Positions 59,181 through 64,000 of a stretch of DNA of 64,000 nucleotides are shown one piece after another. Under the pieces are notes generated by a model, which saw nothing but the letters and a program-made list of their open reading frames with translations, made no database searches and was not told the origin of the DNA. Positions within the stretch are counted from its first letter, which is position 1. Every line of letters starts with the position of its first letter. The translations under genes and the position numbers were made by a program. The DNA comes from Eledone cirrhosa. Taxonomy: Eukaryota. The stretch is taken from NCBI GenBank assembly GCA_964016885.1, contig OZ024749.1, positions 13,392,001 through 13,456,000 on the forward strand. The letters are read 5' to 3'.

Positions 59181-59185
<5 letters not shown>
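59038..59185. mobile_element. Fold-back fragment of the element ending at 12200-12280
   Basis: aatttgttgggattcaac...gttgaatcccaacaaatt palindrome; right arm matches 12200-12280. Confidence 0.75.
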
Positions 59186-59217
<32 letters not shown>

Positions 59218-60201
59218 TTCTACCTGGAGTTAAGACCGATAGATAGTATTAGCAATTGGAAAGACCAATGGAAACATTGTTTCCTCGGGTCCGATTTGAC
59301 GAAAGTCGATCGACTGTCGATATATATATATATACAAACACTCATACATGCACATAAACCTACACACACACATACACAAATAGATATATATACACACACA
59401 CATACACACATATATACACAAAGTCACACGCACATACACACACACACATATATATATACACGGATATAGATACGTACACCCATACATACATACACACCCA
59501 TACATACTTACATACATACACACGCACACATACACACACACACCAAGGGGCATGTTTTATTGTTAGAAGGGGGGAGATGGAGAGAGGAGAAGAAGAAAGG
59601 GAGAGGGGTGGGAGAGATGAAGGAGAGAGAGAGTGGGGTGAAAGTGAGAGAGGGGCGCAGAAATAGAGAGGAGAGAGAGGTGGATGTAGGAAGAGTTAGG
59701 GATAGAGGAGACGGGGGGAGAGAGCGAATGGAAGTTGAGAGGTGGGGGGGCTGAGAAGGAAGGGAGGTTAGGAGAAAGGTGAGATAGAGGGAAAGGGGGG
59801 AAAGTGAGGGAGAAGGAGAGCGGAAAGTATGAGAAGGAGGGGGGGGGTAGACAAGAGGGAATGACAGCCATTACAGGAGATTTAATTGGACTCACCTGTT
59901 GACAAACACACGCATATCCACACACATACACACGCATATCCACACACACACACACATATATCCACACACATACACATACACACGCATATCCACACACATA
60001 CAGACACACACATGCACACGAATATCGACACACATACAGACAGAAACATACGCATGCACATGCACACAAACAAGCACACAGACTATACGTGTATGTGAGT
60101 GCATGCGTGTGTGCATGTATGTGTATATGCGTGTGTATGTGTCTATGTGTGTTAATGCGCGTGTGTATGGTGGTATGCAAACACACACATATAAATATAT
60201 G

Positions 60202-60232
<31 letters not shown>

Positions 60233-60313
60233 TTGGACAACGACAAAGTGTGACAAGGTGTGCTAGTTAAATAGATCGTTCGGTAGATCTTTAATTAGAT
60301 AGATAGATAGATA

Positions 60314-63300
60314 AATTTCTATTTATTTGCCACGAGGGCACAAAAGAAGGGGACAAATACACAGTGGGGGAGTTTACATAAATCGAGTAAAGAAAAAGGA
60401 ATAACAATAATAATATAATAATAAAAAGTCCTCAAAAGGGAGGGGGCGTGTTCGGGATTGCACATACCCCCGAAAAGTGTGCAACCCTTTTCGCGGGGGA
60501 AGCCCAGAGAGGAGGCGCTCCCCCTTTCCTCTTCACTTCTTCACCTACAGAACAATGTAGAGAGAAGGCCCATTTACACGAGCCATTCTCGCTTCTTTCA
60601 CCCACCTTTCATAAAACTGTCTGGGGCCAAGCACTTCTCTCTCCATCCTGATCCTTCTTCCGAAGTGGTATCGGAAGAAGTAAACCAGGTGATGGCCGGA
60701 GAGAAAGTCACCCGACCTCAGACCTTTCAGGCGCGTCCACCACACAACCTCTTTCATCATGGCTATTACGCACAGAAAGACCGCCTCTGCTTCGTTTCTG
60801 AAGGGAGGAGGCGGCTTGATGTTCACCACAGACTCGGCGGTTAATCGAATCGGCGCCACACGCGACAGCAGTCGTTCGACGTAGCCCCACAGATCGGCAA
60901 CGCCCGGGCAGTGTACCAGTGCATGCGCAACGGTTTCCTCGTCGCGCACGCATCTGGGACAGATCTTTTTCGCTGGATCCCTGCCCGGGCGCCCGTGTCT
61001 GTAGAGCTTTTCTCGAACGGGCAGAACCCCCCGGTAACACTGCCAGGCTAGGGACCTCTGGAAGTTGTCCATGGGTCCCGGGCCGAAAGTTCTACCGAAC
61101 AGGCTGGCCAGTTCGTCCTCCTCCATGCCTAGCGACTCTCCAAGGGTGTCGTCGCCCCTGCTAGCCACCAGCCCTCTATAGAATGTCGAGGTGGATTCTC
61201 CACTGACAGTCGGGTCCGCTTGCCAGATAGCCGTGAGCGCCTGGGCACACTCGGTGTGCCAGTTGCCCAGTTTTCTCGGTCTTTGCTTCACCCAGGATTG
61301 CAGCTCGGTGAGCGAGACGAGCTGTGGGAAGGCTCGCCTCACAAACGGGGCCCACATCGGCTGACCGGTGAGGAATACCTGTAGATGCCGTAGCCTCAAT
61401 GCGTGCCTACGCATCAACAGCCACGGCATACCCAGCCCTCCTTTCGAAGGGTGCTGGCAGCAGATGGATCTCCTCACCATGGGAGGCCGCTTCTTCCAGA
61501 GGAACTGGAAGAGCATGCGTTCCATGATGGTGATCTTTTCCTTGGGGCAAGGCACGACGGTCAGGCGGTAGCAGATGACGGACGCTATGTAAGCGTTCGT
61601 CACCTCCGCCCGACCTTTTAGTGATAGTTTGCACTTGGCCCACTTCTGGGTCAGCGCAAACACCCTGCTCGTCACCTCGCCCCAATTCTTCTCCACCTGG
61701 AGGTCCGGTCCGAACCAGACTCCGAGCAGCTTCACCGGGCCCTCCGTCCACCGCCCGACGACACCGTCTAATGGCATCGGTTTGCCCCTCCACGTTCCGA
61801 GTTGCAAACCGACTGACTTGTCCCGGTTCAGCCTAGCCCCCGTCAGCCTTTCGTATTCCTCCAGTAGGGTGGCGATCGCCCCGATTTCCGAGGCGTCCGC
61901 CACCATTACTGTTACGTCGTCGGCATAGGCCGAGACCGCTTTGTGCAATCCCGGTTCCAGGGGTATGCCCCGCAGCAACTCCAACTTCCGCAGCAGTGGC
62001 TCGAGAGTCAATACGTACAGAAGGGAGGAGAGGGGGCACCCCTGTCTGATGGACCGGGTGATTTGAAACGGCTCCGAGAGGTAGCCGTTTACTTTAATCC
62101 TAGAGTAGATGTTGCCACTGTGCATGGCAGAAATCCAGCCCCTGAAAACGGGTCCGAAGCCCGCCGCCGCTAGCACCGCTTCCAGGTAACCATGGTCGAC
62201 CCTATCGAACGCCTTAGATTGATCCAAGTTGATCAGGGCCCCACCAAAGCCGGGTTCGTTGCCAACCCTCTCTATGATGTATCGCATGAGGTGGAGGTTG
62301 TCGTGAATGGACCTGGACGGGATAGCGCATGTCTGCGCGTCTCCCACCAAACCACCCACAACAAGCGCCAACCTCTTCGCCAACACCTTGGCCAAAATCT
62401 GTAACTCTGCATTCAGCAGAGTTATGGGCCTAAAGTTACTTAAGTCGTCCCCCTTGCTCTCGTCCTTCCTCACTAGCGTGACCACGCCCTTGGTCACAGA
62501 ACAGGGAATTCTCCCGTTCTGTTGCCAGTTGCAATAGACAGCCTCGAGGAGTTCGGAGAACAAGACCGGCATAGCTAAATAAAGTTCGTATGGTAGACCA
62601 TCGAGACCCGGAGATTTGCGTCTGCTGCATTGGCTGAGCGCTTCCCCGATTTCAGTGGCTGTGATTGGCCTTTCACAGCACTCCGCTTCGCCGCTCGAAA
62701 GACGCGGTAGACCGTCGAGGTATGGACCGAAGTCCACATCCCCGTCCGGCCCCCCGCCCCCTCCGAACAGTCGAGCAAAGTGCCTTTGAAAGGCCTCGCA
62801 CATCCGCTCAGGTTCAAGGATCACCCGTCCATCCTGGTCTCGCAAAGACCGAATGGTGGATTTAATCCCACTCTTGGCTTCTGTCACGCGAGCCCAGCTA
62901 ACAGCTTTGGTCCCCTCGTTTCCTAAAGCACGTATTTTACTTCGGACAACGCAGCCTTCGTGCTTCGCGTCAAAGAACTGGCTCAACGCCGTTCTCGCCG
63001 CTAACACTCTGGCTACGTCTCCGCTCCTAATCGCCTCTTCTAGTTTATCTGTTAACTCCCTTTCCTTCCTATTTCTATTCGCCGCTAGTTCCTTACTGTA
63101 ACCTATCGAACTTACTCTAATCTCTCTCTTTAGAGATACCCACCACCTACTGTTGACAATCGCTCCCGTCAACCGCATTTTTACTAAGCTACTAATCCGG
63201 TTCCTGTAATCTTTCTTTGCCGGCAAGGACAAGTTCATCTTCCAGTAACCGGGACCCTGTCTATGCGTTCTATCAAGGTTGACCACGCAGGTCACTAATT

Positions 63301-64000
63301 TGTGATCTGAATAGCCAACCATGATCAATTCTGGACAACTAAATACGTCCCTATCCTTACTCCTAACCAAAAACCTATCTCGGTACGATCTAGATTGTCC
63401 ACTGCGGTTTGCCCAGGTCCAGGTTGGCGCAGTTGGACAATCTAGTCGAAATCTATCGACCAGGTCGAATCGATCGAGTAACCCCTTGAGGCTGCTACAC
63501 CCCCCTCTATCGGGACATGCCCCTGCATAGTCCCAACGCGCATCTAGGATTCCATTCCAGTCCCCCACTAAAAGCAGGGAACGCGACGTTCCTAGAAAAG
63601 TCTCCAGACGCTGGAAGAAGTCGGCTCTTTCAGCCCCGAAGGGGGCATAAAGACCGACCAGTCTGAAAGCCCCGCCTTCACCGCCTCCGACGTCCAGCAC
63701 CAGTATTCGACCCCCCGGGTCCGAGTGAACAATCTGTACGTCGAGAGCCAGACGTTTATCCAGCAGTACGGCAACTCCCCCCCCCCCCCCGCCTCCGGGT
63801 TGACAGAGAGATGCGTGCATCTCAAAGTCATCGAAGGCGGGAGCCAGCTGTCGTACGCTGCTGATCCGACTCTCGCAAACAACCATCACATCTATACTTC
63901 GTGACCTGAGGTCACTTAGTAGCTTTGCTTGCTTCCAAGCTGAGCCCAGGCCACGCGCGTTCAAACAGCCAACTCTCAATTGATCTATTTTGGTGTTGAA
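60314..64000 (-). mobile_element. L1/Tx1 non-LTR retrotransposon running off the window end
   Basis: ORF2 plus ~230-nt 3' UTR with AATAAA ending at (TATC)n. Confidence 0.92.
60545..63979 (-). CDS. L1/Tx1-clade LINE ORF2: APE endonuclease, RT and C-terminal zinc finger; 1144 aa, uninterrupted; true start may differ
   Basis: LNARGL, GDWN, SDH, GPGYWKMN, KSPGLDGL, FRPITLLN, DQSKAFDRV, IRQGCPLS, YADD, CPRC...ETVAHALVHC. Confidence 0.95.
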   Translation of the reverse strand: MRVGCLNARGLGSAWKQAKLLSDLRSRSIDVMVVCESRISSVRQLAPAFDDFEMHASLCQPGGGGGGGVAVLLDKRLALDVQIVHSDPGGRILVLDVGGGEGGAFRLVGLYAPFGAERADFFQRLETFLGTSRSLLLVGDWNGILDARWDYAGACPDRGGCSSLKGLLDRFDLVDRFRLDCPTAPTWTWANRSGQSRSYRDRFLVRSKDRDVFSCPELIMVGYSDHKLVTCVVNLDRTHRQGPGYWKMNLSLPAKKDYRNRISSLVKMRLTGAIVNSRWWVSLKREIRVSSIGYSKELAANRNRKERELTDKLEEAIRSGDVARVLAARTALSQFFDAKHEGCVVRSKIRALGNEGTKAVSWARVTEAKSGIKSTIRSLRDQDGRVILEPERMCEAFQRHFARLFGGGGGPDGDVDFGPYLDGLPRLSSGEAECCERPITATEIGEALSQCSRRKSPGLDGLPYELYLAMPVLFSELLEAVYCNWQQNGRIPCSVTKGVVTLVRKDESKGDDLSNFRPITLLNAELQILAKVLAKRLALVVGGLVGDAQTCAIPSRSIHDNLHLMRYIIERVGNEPGFGGALINLDQSKAFDRVDHGYLEAVLAAAGFGPVFRGWISAMHSGNIYSRIKVNGYLSEPFQITRSIRQGCPLSSLLYVLTLEPLLRKLELLRGIPLEPGLHKAVSAYADDVTVMVADASEIGAIATLLEEYERLTGARLNRDKSVGLQLGTWRGKPMPLDGVVGRWTEGPVKLLGVWFGPDLQVEKNWGEVTSRVFALTQKWAKCKLSLKGRAEVTNAYIASVICYRLTVVPCPKEKITIMERMLFQFLWKKRPPMVRRSICCQHPSKGGLGMPWLLMRRHALRLRHLQVFLTGQPMWAPFVRRAFPQLVSLTELQSWVKQRPRKLGNWHTECAQALTAIWQADPTVSGESTSTFYRGLVASRGDDTLGESLGMEEDELASLFGRTFGPGPMDNFQRSLAWQCYRGVLPVREKLYRHGRPGRDPAKKICPRCVRDEETVAHALVHCPGVADLWGYVERLLSRVAPIRLTAESVVNIKPPPPFRNEAEAVFLCVIAMMKEVVWWTRLKGLRSGDFLSGHHLVYFFRYHFGRRIRMEREVLGPRQFYERWVKEARMARVNGPSLYIVL

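Noticed and set aside
60708-63882. Alternative-frame and antisense ORFs over the Tx1 ORF2
   Set aside because: Expected shadows of a GC-rich coding sequence

Overview
Eukaryotic, repeat-saturated DNA with no recognisable host gene. The tRNA-derived SINE family and extreme (TA)n/(CA)n content suggest a coleoid cephalopod such as Octopus (inference). Almost all listed ORFs are microsatellite or satellite artefacts. Real coding remnants are retroelements: two Penelope-like elements (PLEs; GIY-YIG at 611-1177 +, RT plus GIY-YIG at 43785-45566 -), a CR1-type RT (23097-24797 +), two RTE fragments, and an uninterrupted L1/Tx1 ORF2 (60545-63979 -) with a short second copy. There are also SINEs, non-autonomous Helitrons/MITEs and satellites with 35, 38/76, 53 and 22 bp units. 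The main hidden signal is RNA structure: about 15 intact or decayed hammerhead ribozyme (HHR) motifs from several families. Two non-coding, retrozyme-like tandem units stand out. One is a ~2.9-copy array at 7427-8946 with one type I HHR per 515/579-nt unit and a diverged copy at ~10.3 kb. The other is a 516-nt unit at 38919-39640 with a fully paired type I HHR. Many HHR-bearing and PLE insertions sit in (TA)n and show 5' fold-back inversions, consistent with a PLE-mobilised, self-cleaving, possibly circular-RNA system. A 4.4-kb 35-bp satellite appears to have arisen inside the tRNA head of a single SINE. All structures were folded by eye and none is experimentally or computationally confirmed.
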